DNA of 64,000 nucleotides from Candidatus Latescibacterota bacterium (GCA_964291625.2 OZ220090.1:128001-192000); one strand, 5' to 3'. Counted from the first letter of the stretch, positions 28,081 through 38,455 are shown. The notes: a model not told the origin generated them from the letters alone. Translations and numbers: made by a program.

Positions 28081-30315
28081 TCACGAAGGCTCTCCGAGTT
28101 GCCAGTCCGGGTGCTCGTCCATCTCCAGCGCCGCGTGCGCGAAGAAGGGGTAGACGCTCCACTCCACGCAGCCCACGAGGCCGGGGCGGCCGCTGCCGAA
28201 GTCGAAGGGCCAGGCGTTCGGCCCGTGGATGGTGAAGGCCAGGGGCTCGCCGTAGCAGCGCAGCTGGCGCGGCTCGGCGAAGAGGGGTTCCCGCCGCGTG
28301 CCGACGTTGCGCAGCAGATGGAGGTGGCCGCTGCCGGCGGTGTTGTAGATCAGGTCGAGGCGGCCGTCGCCGTCCCAGTCGACGAGGCGGAACGACTCCG
28401 TCCAGTGCCGCTCCCGTCCCACGCAGGAGTCGTCGATCTCGCGCCCGTCCCGCAGCCGCAGCCGGTCCCGCTTGCGCAGGCCGCGGCGGCCGTCCCCGGC
28501 GTCGTACTGGACGAAGTGGGTGAGCCGCCGTTCCTCGTCGTGGGTGACGAGGTCGCAGACGCCGTCGCCGTCGAGATCGCCGAAGGCGGCGCCGGTGCGC
28601 CAGAAGAAGGGGGAGGCGGGATCCGCCGGGTAGGGGTGGTTGGGCCGCTCCGGGTCGGCGGCGCGGCGGCCGGACTCGACGCGGGTCTCCTCCGAGTCGG
28701 GGTAGCCGTCGACGACGAGCTGCTGCCGCGGCCCGAAGCGCGGCGCCTCGCGGCTGCCGACGTTGCGGTACCAGAAGATGCGGTTGGTCTCGTTGGGCAG
28801 CATCAGGTCCGGCCGCCCGTCGCCGTCCCAGTCGACGAAGCAGGGATACGGGTAGCCCATGTTGTGCCAATGGGAGCCGGGCAGGATCTCGTCCCGCAGC
28901 AGGCGCACCGGCCGGCCCTCCGAGAGGATCAGCTCCGGCGCCGACCACGACGGCTCCTCGTCGCTGCCGGTGTTGCGCAGGATGCGGGGCCAGCCGTAGC
29001 CGCCGCCGACGAGCAGGTCGGCGGTGCCGTCGCCGTCCCAGTCGCAGAAGCAGGGCCAGCTCTGGTCGGAGCAGGCCAGCACCGCCGAGAGCGACTCGGC
29101 GCGGCCGGCGGCCGTCGCCTGGAGCGAGCCGTCGCCCAGGGGCTCCAGCTCGAAGAAGGTCAGCTGCTGCCAGACGTCGTGCAGCGCCAGCAGTCCCGAG
29201 GTGCCGCCGTCGACGGCGGCCGCGATCCGCGTCGTCGAGGGCGGCAGCCCGTGGACGGGACGCGGCTCCGCGAAGGCGGGCTCGTCCCCCGGCAGGCGGG
29301 GCCGCCAGAAGGCCGTGGAGCCCGGCCAGGCGGATTCCGCGTCCGGGTGGTCGGTGCAGGCCGGCGGATTCTCCCGCAGGCCGACGAGGTCCAGGCGCCC
29401 GTCGCCGGTCAGGTCGAGGCAGGCGATCCGCTTGCCGGCGCCGAGATCGACCGCCCCGGCCGGCTCCACCGGCCAGCCGCCGGGGTTGAGATTGCGGATC
29501 CACCGGCCGTTGAAGAGCAGGTCGAGGACGCCGTCGCCGTCGAGATCGGCCACGGCCAGCGATTCCGTCCTCTCCACGGGGACGGCCAACTCGCCGGCGG
29601 GCTCGAAGACCGGCCAGCCGCCCCCGTCCCTCTCGGCGACGGGGTACAGCTCCAGTCGTCCGCCGCCGTCGGCGGAGAACACCAGCTCGGGGTCGCCGTC
29701 GCCGTCGAAGTCGCCGAAGGCGGCGTCCGTGTAGGTGCCGGGGAAGGGCTGCAGCCGCCCCGAGCCGGGATCGCGGAAGCGCAGCCGCACCGGGTCGCCG
29801 AAGTGGAGACGGCGGCCCTCGCGCGGCACCCGGGGATGGCAGACGACGCCGGAGCGCGGCTCCCCGGGCCGGTGGTAGTAGTTCCAGGTGCCGGCCAGGT
29901 CCGGCCGGCCGTCGCCGTCGAGGTCGGCCAGGCCGAAGCTGTGCAGGGTCACGGGCCGGGGCTCGCCGGCGTTGTGGCGCAGCAGGTCGCCGGCGCCGAC
30001 GGCGGGGGTCCGCACCCGGACGGGCAGATGGGGCCGGCGGTTCCCCGGGGGCACGGTGTCGAAGCGGATCTCGTAGCGGGTGCGGGAGGGGTCGCGCACC
30101 GCGAACTCGACGCGGCCCTCGTCGCCGTGGGCGAACTCCTCGGCCAAGTGGCAGGGCACGGGGGAGCCGTCGGCGAGGTCGATCACCTCGATCGACCCGG
30201 GGTCGAGTGGCTCCTCGCGGCCGGCCTTGCGGATCATGGCGCCGAGATCGAGACGGGCCGAGATCGGAATCGGGCCCAGGTCCTCCGGCAGGGGCGAGGT
30301 GATGGTGAAGGGCAC
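28081..30315 (-). CDS. FG-GAP/VCBS repeat protein
   Basis: Multiple D[LWF]DGDG..DL repeats. GTG 30315. Confidence 0.85.
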   Translation of the reverse strand: MPFTITSPLPEDLGPIPISARLDLGAMIRKAGREEPLDPGSIEVIDLADGSPVPCHLAEEFAHGDEGRVEFAVRDPSRTRYEIRFDTVPPGNRRPHLPVRVRTPAVGAGDLLRHNAGEPRPVTLHSFGLADLDGDGRPDLAGTWNYYHRPGEPRSGVVCHPRVPREGRRLHFGDPVRLRFRDPGSGRLQPFPGTYTDAAFGDFDGDGDPELVFSADGGGRLELYPVAERDGGGWPVFEPAGELAVPVERTESLAVADLDGDGVLDLLFNGRWIRNLNPGGWPVEPAGAVDLGAGKRIACLDLTGDGRLDLVGLRENPPACTDHPDAESAWPGSTAFWRPRLPGDEPAFAEPRPVHGLPPSTTRIAAAVDGGTSGLLALHDVWQQLTFFELEPLGDGSLQATAAGRAESLSAVLACSDQSWPCFCDWDGDGTADLLVGGGYGWPRILRNTGSDEEPSWSAPELILSEGRPVRLLRDEILPGSHWHNMGYPYPCFVDWDGDGRPDLMLPNETNRIFWYRNVGSREAPRFGPRQQLVVDGYPDSEETRVESGRRAADPERPNHPYPADPASPFFWRTGAAFGDLDGDGVCDLVTHDEERRLTHFVQYDAGDGRRGLRKRDRLRLRDGREIDDSCVGRERHWTESFRLVDWDGDGRLDLIYNTAGSGHLHLLRNVGTRREPLFAEPRQLRCYGEPLAFTIHGPNAWPFDFGSGRPGLVGCVEWSVYPFFAHAALEMDEHPDWQLGEPS

Positions 30316-30329
30316 GGCGAGAGGGCGCC

Positions 30330-32054
30330 TCAATGGGCCTCCCGCCGGACCACGGCCCCCGACGCGCCTCGAAGGAAGTCGAAGTCCACTCCCAGGTGGG
30401 CCTGCTGCACGTGTTCGACGTAGAGGCGCACGTATCCCCGGGAATCGTGGGGCGGCGGCGGGGCCCAGGCGCCGCGGCGCCGGTTCAGCTCGTCGTCGTC
30501 GACGCGCAGGTGCAGGCCGCGGCCGCGCACGTCCAGCTCGATCTCGTCGCCGTTGCGCACCAGGGCCAGGGCCCCGCCCACGGCCGACTCGGGGGAGGTG
30601 TGGAGGACCACGGTGCCGTACGCCGTCCCCGACATGCGGCCGTCGGAGATGCGCACCATGTCGCGCACGCCGGCCTCGACCAGCTTCTTCGGCATGGGCA
30701 GGTTGCCGACCTCGGCCATCCCGGGGTAGCCCTTGGGGCCGGCGCCCTTGAGTACGAGGACGCAGCCCTCGTCCACGTCCAGATCCGGGTCGTCGATGCG
30801 CGCCTGCAGGTCCTCGATGTCCTCGAAGACCACCGCCCGGCCCCGGTGCTGCAGCAGCTCCGGCGTCGCCGCCGAGGGCTTGATGATCGCCCCGTCCTCG
30901 GCCAGGTTGCCGCGCAGCACGGCGATCCCGGCCTCCTCCTGCACCGGTTCGCCGAAGGGCCGGATCACCTCCCGGTCGTGGCAGGGGGCGCCGGCGGTGT
31001 TCTCGGCGAGGCTGCGGCCGTTGACGGTGGGGGCGTCCAGGTGCAGCAAGTCCTCCAGCTCGCGCAGGACCACCGGCAGGCCCCCGGCGTAGTAGAAGTC
31101 CTCCATCAGGAAGCGCCCCGAGGGCATCAGGTCGACGAGCAGGGGCAGGCGGCTGCCGAGCCGGTCGAAGTCGTCCAGGGAGAGCTCGACGCCGGCGCGC
31201 CCGGCCAGGGCCAGCAGGTGCACGACGAAGTTGGTGGAGCCGCCGATGGCGGCGTTGACGCGGATCGCGTTCTCGAAGGCGGGGCGGACGAGGATGCGCG
31301 ACGGGCGCAGGTCCTCCCTCACCATCTCCACGATGCGGTTTCCGGCGAGCTGGGCCAGCGACTTGCGGCGCGAGTCGGCCGCCGGGATGGCGGCGCCGCC
31401 GGGCAGGGTCAGGCCCAGGGCCTCGACCATGCAGGCCATGGTGGAGGCCGTGCCCATGGTCATGCAGTGGCCGGCGGAGCGCGACATGCAGGCCTCGGCC
31501 TCGGCGAACTCGTGCTCGGTCATGCGGCCGGCCCGCAGCTCCTCGGAGAACCGCCACACGTCGGTGCCGGAGCCGATGTCGCGGCCCCGGAACTTGCCGT
31601 TGAGCATCGGCCCGCCGGAGACGACCAGGGTCGGCAGGTCGCAGCTGACGGCGCCCATCAGCGTCGACGGGGTGGTCTTGTCGCAGCCGGCCAGCAGCAC
31701 CACGCCGTCCAGCGGGTTGGCCCGGATCGACTCCTCCACGTCCATGGAGACGAGGTTGCGGAAGAGCATCGTCGTGGGCCGCATGATCGCCTCGCCCAGG
31801 GACATGACCGGGAACTCCAGGGGCAGGCCGCCGGCCTCGAGGACGCCGCGCTTCACCATCTCCGCCAGGTCGCGGAAGTGGGCGTTGCACGGGGTCAGCT
31901 CCGACCAGGTGTTGCAGATGCCGATGACGGGACGGCCGTCGAAGGCGTGGTCGGGCACGCCCTCGATCCGCATCCAGCTGCGGTGGATGAAGGAGGTCTT
32001 GGGCTCGGCGTCGAACCACTCGGCGCTGCGCAGCCTGCTCCGGGGGCCGGTCAC
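30330..32054 (-). CDS. IlvD/Edd family dehydratase (sugar-acid dehydratase-like)
   Basis: SELTPCNAH, GCDKTTP, GHCMTMGTASTM, GGSTN, ISDGRMSGT. Confidence 0.92.
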   Translation of the reverse strand: MTGPRSRLRSAEWFDAEPKTSFIHRSWMRIEGVPDHAFDGRPVIGICNTWSELTPCNAHFRDLAEMVKRGVLEAGGLPLEFPVMSLGEAIMRPTTMLFRNLVSMDVEESIRANPLDGVVLLAGCDKTTPSTLMGAVSCDLPTLVVSGGPMLNGKFRGRDIGSGTDVWRFSEELRAGRMTEHEFAEAEACMSRSAGHCMTMGTASTMACMVEALGLTLPGGAAIPAADSRRKSLAQLAGNRIVEMVREDLRPSRILVRPAFENAIRVNAAIGGSTNFVVHLLALAGRAGVELSLDDFDRLGSRLPLLVDLMPSGRFLMEDFYYAGGLPVVLRELEDLLHLDAPTVNGRSLAENTAGAPCHDREVIRPFGEPVQEEAGIAVLRGNLAEDGAIIKPSAATPELLQHRGRAVVFEDIEDLQARIDDPDLDVDEGCVLVLKGAGPKGYPGMAEVGNLPMPKKLVEAGVRDMVRISDGRMSGTAYGTVVLHTSPESAVGGALALVRNGDEIELDVRGRGLHLRVDDDELNRRRGAWAPPPPHDSRGYVRLYVEHVQQAHLGVDFDFLRGASGAVVRREAH

Positions 32055-32059
32055 CGGTC

Positions 32060-32818
32060 TCAGCGCGGCAGCCAGAAGCCGCCGTCGACGCGCAGGGCGG
32101 CGCCGGTGACGTAGTCGGCGGCGTCGGAGGAGAGGAAGGCGGCGGCCTTGCCGATCTCGTCGGGCCGGCCCAGGCGCTTCCACGGCAGGGCCTCGCCCCC
32201 GGCCCGCAGCTCCTCCTCGGTCGTGAACTGGCGTTCCCCGGGGGTGTCGGTCCAGCCCGGCTCGATGACGTTGACGCGGATGCGGTGGCCGGCCAGCTCG
32301 CCGGCGATGGTGGAGGCGAGGTGGTTCATGCCGGCCTTGGCGGTGTTGTAGGGCGCCGAGGTGGGGAAGGGGATGAAGCCGAGGACGGAGCTGATGAAGA
32401 GGATGTGGCCGCCGTGGCCCTCGGCGACCATCTGGCGGGCCCCGGCCTGGGCCGCGTGGAAGGCGCCCCACAAGGTGACGTCCAGGGTCCGGCGGGCCTC
32501 GTCGACGTCGAGCTCGAGGAAGGGCTGGCGCTTCGAGTAGTAGGCGTTGGCCACGACGATGTCGAGGCGGCCGAGGGCGTCCACCGTGCCGGCGACCATG
32601 GCGTCCACCGCATCGCGGTCGGAGACGTCGGCGCCGAAGGTCTCGGCCCGGCGACCGAGGGCGCGGACCTCGGCGGCCACCTCCTCGGCCTCGTCGGGGT
32701 GGGAGCGGTAGTTGACGGCCACGTCGGCGCCGCAGCGGGCCATCTCCACGGCGCAGCCCCGGCCGATGCCCCGCGAAGCGCCGGTGACGAGGGCCACCTT
32801 TCCGGACAGGTCGATCAC
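32060..32818 (-). CDS. SDR family oxidoreductase
   Basis: TGASRGIG, YNTAK, PGWTDT, VDGG. Confidence 0.92.
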   Translation of the reverse strand: MIDLSGKVALVTGASRGIGRGCAVEMARCGADVAVNYRSHPDEAEEVAAEVRALGRRAETFGADVSDRDAVDAMVAGTVDALGRLDIVVANAYYSKRQPFLELDVDEARRTLDVTLWGAFHAAQAGARQMVAEGHGGHILFISSVLGFIPFPTSAPYNTAKAGMNHLASTIAGELAGHRIRVNVIEPGWTDTPGERQFTTEEELRAGGEALPWKRLGRPDEIGKAAAFLSSDAADYVTGAALRVDGGFWLPR

Positions 32819-32874
32819 GGCGGGTAGACTACGGAAGGCCGCCCCCGTGGGCCAGTCCGGCGGCGGGCGTGGAC

Positions 32875-34023
32875 TCACCCGGCCACGGACATGCGGTGGC
32901 GCTGCAGCAGCTCGTGGAAGTCGCGCCGGTCGAGGGGGTCGCCGCCAGCGGCGAAGAGGTGGCTGCCGCAGCCGCAGTCGGAGCACCCGAAGCCGGCCGC
33001 GGCCTCGGGGAAGAGGGCACCCACGCCGGCGGCCAGCTCGCACTCCAGGCGGCGCGACGACCGCACCGGCAGGGGCACGACCTCGGCGGCGGCGTCGCGG
33101 AGGTAGTCCACGTGCCAGTGGAACCGCTTCCTCTTCCGCCGGTGGCGCTCCAGGCGCGCCGTCAGGTTGGCCATGGCCGACCCCACGTAGACGTGCCAAC
33201 CCGCCGCGAAGGTGATCTCGCCCAGGCCGCCGACCCGCAGCCGGCGCCGCCGCGCCAGCCGCAGCAGCAGCAGGTAGGCGCCGCGGTCCTCGGCCTCGCG
33301 CCGCAGGTGGCCCCAGGGGATGTGGAGGAGGCGGGTCTCCTCGCGCAGGGTGAGGTCGCGGTTCCAGCCGACGGCCACGGGCAGGATCCGCACCCGCCGG
33401 CGCACCTCCAGCAGGGTCCGGCTGAAGGCCAGGTCGGTGTGGTAGTCGGGCAGGAACCAGCGCGCCGAGGGCGTGTGCACCACGAACAACACCGCTGGCC
33501 GCTCCCCGGGCCGGCGCGGCATCTCCGCCAGCTCCAGCAGGTGCCGCCGGCCGCGCTCGGTGACGGCGTCGGGGAACATGGCCCCGCCGTTGCCGTAGAG
33601 GGTGCAGGACTTGACCTCCAGCCACAGCCGGCGGCTGCCCCGCCGCAGCACGAAGTCGAAGCGGCTGCGCCCGGCGGTCACCTCCGCGCCGGCGATGCGC
33701 CAGCCGCCCAGCCCGGGGACGCGGCCGCTCTCCAGCAGGTGGCGGGCCACGGCGTTGGTGCGGTGGGTGTGGAGGAAGAGGGTCTCGCCGCCGCGCTCGA
33801 CGGCGACGCAGGTCCACCTCGTGCGGCGGGCTCCGCCGGCCGGCGCCGGCACCAGGGTCAGCTCGACCCCGGGGAAGAGCAGCTCGTCCATGCGGCCGGG
33901 GTTGGGAAGGAAGGCCTGGAGGCGCCTCCCGTCGTGCAGGCGGCAGCGCACGAGGAAGCGGTTCGGGCGGTCGACGAAGGCGGCCCGCACCAGGGGCCCG
34001 TCCACGAAGGGGCCGGCGGTCAC
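32875..34023 (-). CDS. sfsA: SfsA nuclease fused to C-terminal GIY-YIG/DUF123 domain
   Basis: RPNRF, PNPGRM, SRFDF, LEVKSCTL, FPDAVTERGRRHL. Then GAYLL...YVGSAM...HWHVDY...FGCSDCGCGSHL. Confidence 0.85.
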   Translation of the reverse strand: MTAGPFVDGPLVRAAFVDRPNRFLVRCRLHDGRRLQAFLPNPGRMDELLFPGVELTLVPAPAGGARRTRWTCVAVERGGETLFLHTHRTNAVARHLLESGRVPGLGGWRIAGAEVTAGRSRFDFVLRRGSRRLWLEVKSCTLYGNGGAMFPDAVTERGRRHLLELAEMPRRPGERPAVLFVVHTPSARWFLPDYHTDLAFSRTLLEVRRRVRILPVAVGWNRDLTLREETRLLHIPWGHLRREAEDRGAYLLLLRLARRRRLRVGGLGEITFAAGWHVYVGSAMANLTARLERHRRKRKRFHWHVDYLRDAAAEVVPLPVRSSRRLECELAAGVGALFPEAAAGFGCSDCGCGSHLFAAGGDPLDRRDFHELLQRHRMSVAG

Positions 34024-34622
34024 TGACGATCCAGGGCCGCCAGCTCGCCCAGGGAGAGGGTGAACCGGTAGGTGAGCCCCCACAGGAGCGGGCGGCCGGG
34101 GCCGAGCAGGTCGAGGGCGGGGAAGCGGTGCTCGGCCGACCCCCGCCGCAGCCGGTGCTCGCGGAGCCGGCGGCGGTCGAAGAACTCGGGCAGGGGAACC
34201 CAGAAGGCCTCGGTGACCTCGTGGGAGAGGGACAGGGCGGGGACGGCCGCCGACTCGATGGAGTAGACGAAGGCGGCCACGGTCATGGGCAGCAGGGTGG
34301 CGGAGATGTCGTCGAGGCGGCCGAGGAAGCGGGCGCCGGCCAGATCGACGGCGGTCTCCTCGGCGGTCTCGCGTTCGGCGGCGGCGCGCTCGTCGGCGTC
34401 TCCGGGCTCCACCCGGCCCCCGGGGAAGGCCAGATCGCCGGACCACGGATCTCCCTCCCGCCGGGCGCGCTCGATCACCAGCAGCCGGGGCGCCATCTCG
34501 CCGGCCGACTCGTGGAGGAGCAGGACCACCGCGGCGCGGTCACCGGCCCCGGGGCGCAGCACGGGCTCGCGGCTGGCGAGCGCCTCGGCGATGCGGGGGA
34601 CGGTCAGAGTGAACCCGCTCAC
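34020..34622 (-). CDS. Nudix CoA pyrophosphatase
   Basis: DPWSGDLAFPGG, AAERETAEET Nudix box, LWGLT. Confidence 0.88.
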   Translation of the reverse strand: MSGFTLTVPRIAEALASREPVLRPGAGDRAAVVLLLHESAGEMAPRLLVIERARREGDPWSGDLAFPGGRVEPGDADERAAAERETAEETAVDLAGARFLGRLDDISATLLPMTVAAFVYSIESAAVPALSLSHEVTEAFWVPLPEFFDRRRLREHRLRRGSAEHRFPALDLLGPGRPLLWGLTYRFTLSLGELAALDRQ

Positions 34623-35098
34623 GGCTTACCGCCCGGGGCCCCACCCACGGGCTCGCAGCTGGAGGGCTCGCCGGTCCGGCGCACGGTCAGGGTGAGCCAG
34701 CTCACGTTTCACCGCCCCCGCGGCGCAACACGGGTGGCACCGCCGGCAGGGTCGGGATGAGCCCGCTCACGGCTCGCCGCCCCGGGAGCGACCCAGGGCT
34801 CGCGGCCAGCGAGAGCCTCGGCCATGTGCGGGACGGTCACGGTGAGCCGCACCGCCCCCGCGGCCAACCCACGGACTCGCAAGCGGGAGGGCTCGCCGAT
34901 GCGGCGGCCGGCCAGGGTGGGCCCGCTCACGGCCCACTGCCCCGGGGCCGATCCACGGACTCGCGGCTGGCGAGTGTTTCGGCTGCGCGGCACGGTCACG
35001 GTGAGCCCCGGCGGATCACCGCCCCGATGGTGACCCACGGGCTTGCAGCCGGCGGGTGCCGCGGCGATGCAGGGGAGGGTCAGGACGGGGTCGGCCAC
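34545..35098 (-). repeat. Degenerate tandem array (65-89 bp units) of the Nudix gene 5' end
   Basis: Units begin with GTG at 35098, 35019, 34930, 34852, 34770 and 34705, and the true start is at 34622. Shared motif GGCTCACC(C/G)TGACCGT...GCGAG(C/T)CCGTG. Confidence 0.8.
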
Positions 35099-35101
35099 AC
35101 C

Positions 35102-38100
35102 TCACTCGCCCTTCAGGGCCGGCAGCAGGTCACGGCGCAGGGCCAGGCGCACGGCGGCGGCGTTGGCCGCCCATCCAGCCGCCAGGACCAGCCCCAGGGT
35201 CGACCCGAGGGAGGCCCACGGCAGGCTCGGGCCCAGGTGCGGCAGGCTGGCCACGGCCGCGGCCAGGGCCCCCAGGCCGATGCCGCCCAGCAGCAGCAGA
35301 CCGGTTTCCCAGAACAGCAGCCGCGCCAGCCGGCGGCGGCGGAAGCCGAAGGCCTGCAGCGCCGCCAGCTCGCGGCGCCGCTCGAAGGCGTTGCGCAGCA
35401 GCAGCAGGCCGAGGCCGACGGTGCCCAGCAGCAGGCCCAGTCCGCCGAGGCTCTGGAAGGTGGACAGGTAGGTCGTCTCGATCTCGAGGAAGCGGGCCAG
35501 CCGGTCGGCGGCGGGGGCGGCGTCGAAGCCGAAGTCGCGCAGGCCGCGCTCGAGGCCGGCGATCAGCGCCGGGGCTCGGGACTCGTCCGGCGTCTCCACG
35601 AGGAAGAAGCCGTACCCGGTCCGCTCCGGGAAGAGCCGTTCGAAGGCGGCTTCCGAGATCACCACCTCGCTCTGGAGGATCGACCTCTGCAGCAGGGCCA
35701 CCAGGCGCAGCCGCACGGGCCGGCCCGCGGCGTCCTCGATGGCAATCTCCTCCCCCAGGCCCCGGTGCAGGATCCACTGGGCCGAGTTGGCGTCGGCCAC
35801 CGCGGCCACCACCCCCGGGCCGAGGTCCTCCTCCAGCAGCCGCCAGGGATTGCCGTCCATGTGCGGGGCCAGGGGCCGATGGGAGGCGAAGGGGAAGCGG
35901 CCGGCCTCGATCAGGTCCGGCGGCGCTCCCAGCAGCCGCGGCCGCCCGGGCCGGTAGAGGTTCAGGCAGCTCACGTCCTCGCCGGGCAGGGACCGCAGCT
36001 GCACGATCCGGGCGCCTTCCAGGCTCTCGTCCAGGGAGGCGGGCAGTCCCAGCCCCCGGCGGACCCCGGCGTCGTTGAGGTCGCCGTGCACGGGCAGGTC
36101 CGACTCGGCGGCGATCGAGTAACCCCCGGCCCCCGGCGGCAGTCGGCTGTCCGATGCAACTGTCGGCCGGTGGGCGCCGACAGCGGCGATGACGAAGACG
36201 GCGCACGCCACCAGGCTGACGGCGGTGAGGCTGCGGCCGGGGTGGCGGCGGATGTTGCGGGCCCCGGCGGCGGCCAGCGATCCGGAACGCCCCGGGCGGG
36301 AAGAGGGTGCAGGCGCCTGCCGCAGCCACCGGGAGAGCCGGGCCAGCCCGGCCAGCAGCAGCAGGGCCCCGGCGGCGAAGAACAGGCCGGCGCGGATGCC
36401 CGGGGAGGCGGTGCTGCTGACGGCGGCGCCGGCGACCAGGGCGAGGGCGGCCAGGGCCGCCGCCGGCGCCAGCACGCGGGCGGCGCGGCCCCTCCCCCGG
36501 GCAGGCGACTCCACCTCCCCGGCGAGCAGGGCGCGCGCCGGCGTGCGCCCGAGGCGCCGCAGGGTGAGCACCATGGCCGCCAGGACCGCCGTCAGGGACA
36601 GCAGGGCGCCGGAGGCCAGGGTCCCGGCCGCCAGGTGCAGATGCAGGGCGGAGGTCCCCACGGCGGCCTGCCACCAGGTGCGCAGGCCCGCCATCATCAG
36701 CCAGCCGTACCCGGCGGCGCCGGCCAGGCCGAGGACGCAGCCGCCGCCGGCGACGACCAGGGCCTCGGCCATCAGCCGCCGGCGCACCGCCCCCGGAGGG
36801 AACCCGGCCGCCAGGAGCAGGCCGGCCTCGCCGGCCCTCTGCTCCACCCCCAGACGGAAGAGGAGCCCCGTGAGCAGGGCGGCCGCCGCGATCAGGAACA
36901 GGCTGAAGCCGAGGAAGAGTCCCCCGAAGTCGGTGGCCCCTTCGGCCGCGGCCAGCCCCTCGGCGCGCAGGGGACGCACCTCGTACCCGGCGGCCGCGGA
37001 CCCCGCCTCCTCGAGCAGGGCCTCCTCGAAACGCCGGGCCGCGCTCTCCAGGCTCTCGCCCTCCGGCGCCCGCAGCCGCACCGAGGTCAGCTCCCCGAAG
37101 CGGCTGGAGAACAGCGCCCGGCCTGCCTCGCGGGAGAGGAACGCCTTGGGGGCGGCCCGGTAGTGGTCCCAGTAGTCCTCGTCCCGCGGCCGGATGCGGT
37201 CCATGTCGACGGGGAAGGGCGCCGACCAGTCCGAGATGTCGTCGGTCCCTCCGATCCCCGGGTACTCCGGGGTCAGGGCCGGGTCCGCCCCCAGGCCGGC
37301 CATCTCCACGCCCCCGGAAATCCCGAGGACCGCCCGGCGCTCGATCAGCTCCTCCCGGGGGCCGAAGCCGTAGTAGTGGAGGACCGCCTCGTCGCCGGCC
37401 CCGGCCTGCAGGTCCCGCGCCGCCCAGTCGTTGAGGACGAGTCCCGCCCCGGCGGGCGGCACGGGCCCCCAGCTCCCGGGTGGATCAGCCTCCAGGGCGG
37501 CGATCGTCGAGTACGGCAGCGAGCGCTCCCCGACGTCGATGGCGTTGGCGAGGTAGGTGGAGACGGCGAGGCTTGGCAGTCCCAGGCGGCGGGCGGCGCC
37601 CAGGACGCTCTCCCCGAGAGAGTGGTCGAGGACGAACCGCCGGCTCTCCAGGGCCAGGTGGTCCCCCCGGCGGTGCAGGACCAGGTCGAGGTCGGAGAGC
37701 CCCAGGGCTTCGTCGAGGCGCCGGCGCAGAGCTGCCGGGCCGGAGGGCTCCTCCTCGGCGGATGGGGGCACCAGCAGGAGATCGGCGCGCCCCTGCAGAC
37801 CCAGGACTCGCTGCAGCTCCCCGAGGCGGGCGAAGAGGGTGCGCGGCGCCCGCTGGTGCGTCTCCAGGGCGAAGCGGCCGGGCCCGCGGTCGGGGATCAC
37901 CCCGGCCACCTCGCAGCGCAGGCGGCGCAGCAGCTCCTCCGGCCGGCGGCGCCCGAAGAGGGCCTCCGGGTTCACCTCGGCGGGACGCTGCAGGCTCAGC
38001 AGCAGGACGTCGCCCGGGGACGCGCCGAGTTCCCGCGCCAGGCTCGCGGTGAGCAGCACCGCGGGAGAGCCCGCGCTCCTGGCCGGAGTCTCCTCCAGGA

Positions 38101-38455
38101 AGGCGCGAAGGGCGTCGGCGGCCTCCCCCGGGAAGAGTTCGGCGAAGCGGCCGTCCACGCCGAGGACCTGGACCCTGCCCGCCCGGGCGCCGGAGCCGGT
38201 GTGGGCGGCGGAACCGGGCCGGAGCAGGACCGGCGCCGTGCCCGCGGGCAGTTCCGAGGCCAGGCCGGCGCGAAGGGAGCGGTCCCTGACGACGGCATGC
38301 TCGATGCGGCCCAGACGCTCCAGGGTCAGGCCCCGCAGGCTGGCCCGCACCGAGTCGCCCACGACCAGGGCCCCCGCGAGCACGGCCGTGCAGACCGCCG
38401 CGGCCAGGGCGGTGGCGGCGTGGACGCGCCGGTAGTGGATCAGGCTTCGGAGCAC
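35102..38455 (-). CDS. ABC transporter permease (FtsX/MacB-like, double module)
   Basis: GALVVGDSVRASL, EQRAGEAGLLLAAGF, ERRRELAALQAFGF. GTG 38455. Confidence 0.88.
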   Translation of the reverse strand: MLRSLIHYRRVHAATALAAAVCTAVLAGALVVGDSVRASLRGLTLERLGRIEHAVVRDRSLRAGLASELPAGTAPVLLRPGSAAHTGSGARAGRVQVLGVDGRFAELFPGEAADALRAFLEETPARSAGSPAVLLTASLARELGASPGDVLLLSLQRPAEVNPEALFGRRRPEELLRRLRCEVAGVIPDRGPGRFALETHQRAPRTLFARLGELQRVLGLQGRADLLLVPPSAEEEPSGPAALRRRLDEALGLSDLDLVLHRRGDHLALESRRFVLDHSLGESVLGAARRLGLPSLAVSTYLANAIDVGERSLPYSTIAALEADPPGSWGPVPPAGAGLVLNDWAARDLQAGAGDEAVLHYYGFGPREELIERRAVLGISGGVEMAGLGADPALTPEYPGIGGTDDISDWSAPFPVDMDRIRPRDEDYWDHYRAAPKAFLSREAGRALFSSRFGELTSVRLRAPEGESLESAARRFEEALLEEAGSAAAGYEVRPLRAEGLAAAEGATDFGGLFLGFSLFLIAAAALLTGLLFRLGVEQRAGEAGLLLAAGFPPGAVRRRLMAEALVVAGGGCVLGLAGAAGYGWLMMAGLRTWWQAAVGTSALHLHLAAGTLASGALLSLTAVLAAMVLTLRRLGRTPARALLAGEVESPARGRGRAARVLAPAAALAALALVAGAAVSSTASPGIRAGLFFAAGALLLLAGLARLSRWLRQAPAPSSRPGRSGSLAAAGARNIRRHPGRSLTAVSLVACAVFVIAAVGAHRPTVASDSRLPPGAGGYSIAAESDLPVHGDLNDAGVRRGLGLPASLDESLEGARIVQLRSLPGEDVSCLNLYRPGRPRLLGAPPDLIEAGRFPFASHRPLAPHMDGNPWRLLEEDLGPGVVAAVADANSAQWILHRGLGEEIAIEDAAGRPVRLRLVALLQRSILQSEVVISEAAFERLFPERTGYGFFLVETPDESRAPALIAGLERGLRDFGFDAAPAADRLARFLEIETTYLSTFQSLGGLGLLLGTVGLGLLLLRNAFERRRELAALQAFGFRRRRLARLLFWETGLLLLGGIGLGALAAAVASLPHLGPSLPWASLGSTLGLVLAAGWAANAAAVRLALRRDLLPALKGE

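Noticed and set aside
34545-35098. Possible CRISPR array
   Set aside because: No invariant repeat with unique spacers and no cas genes. The units are diverged copies of a gene start.
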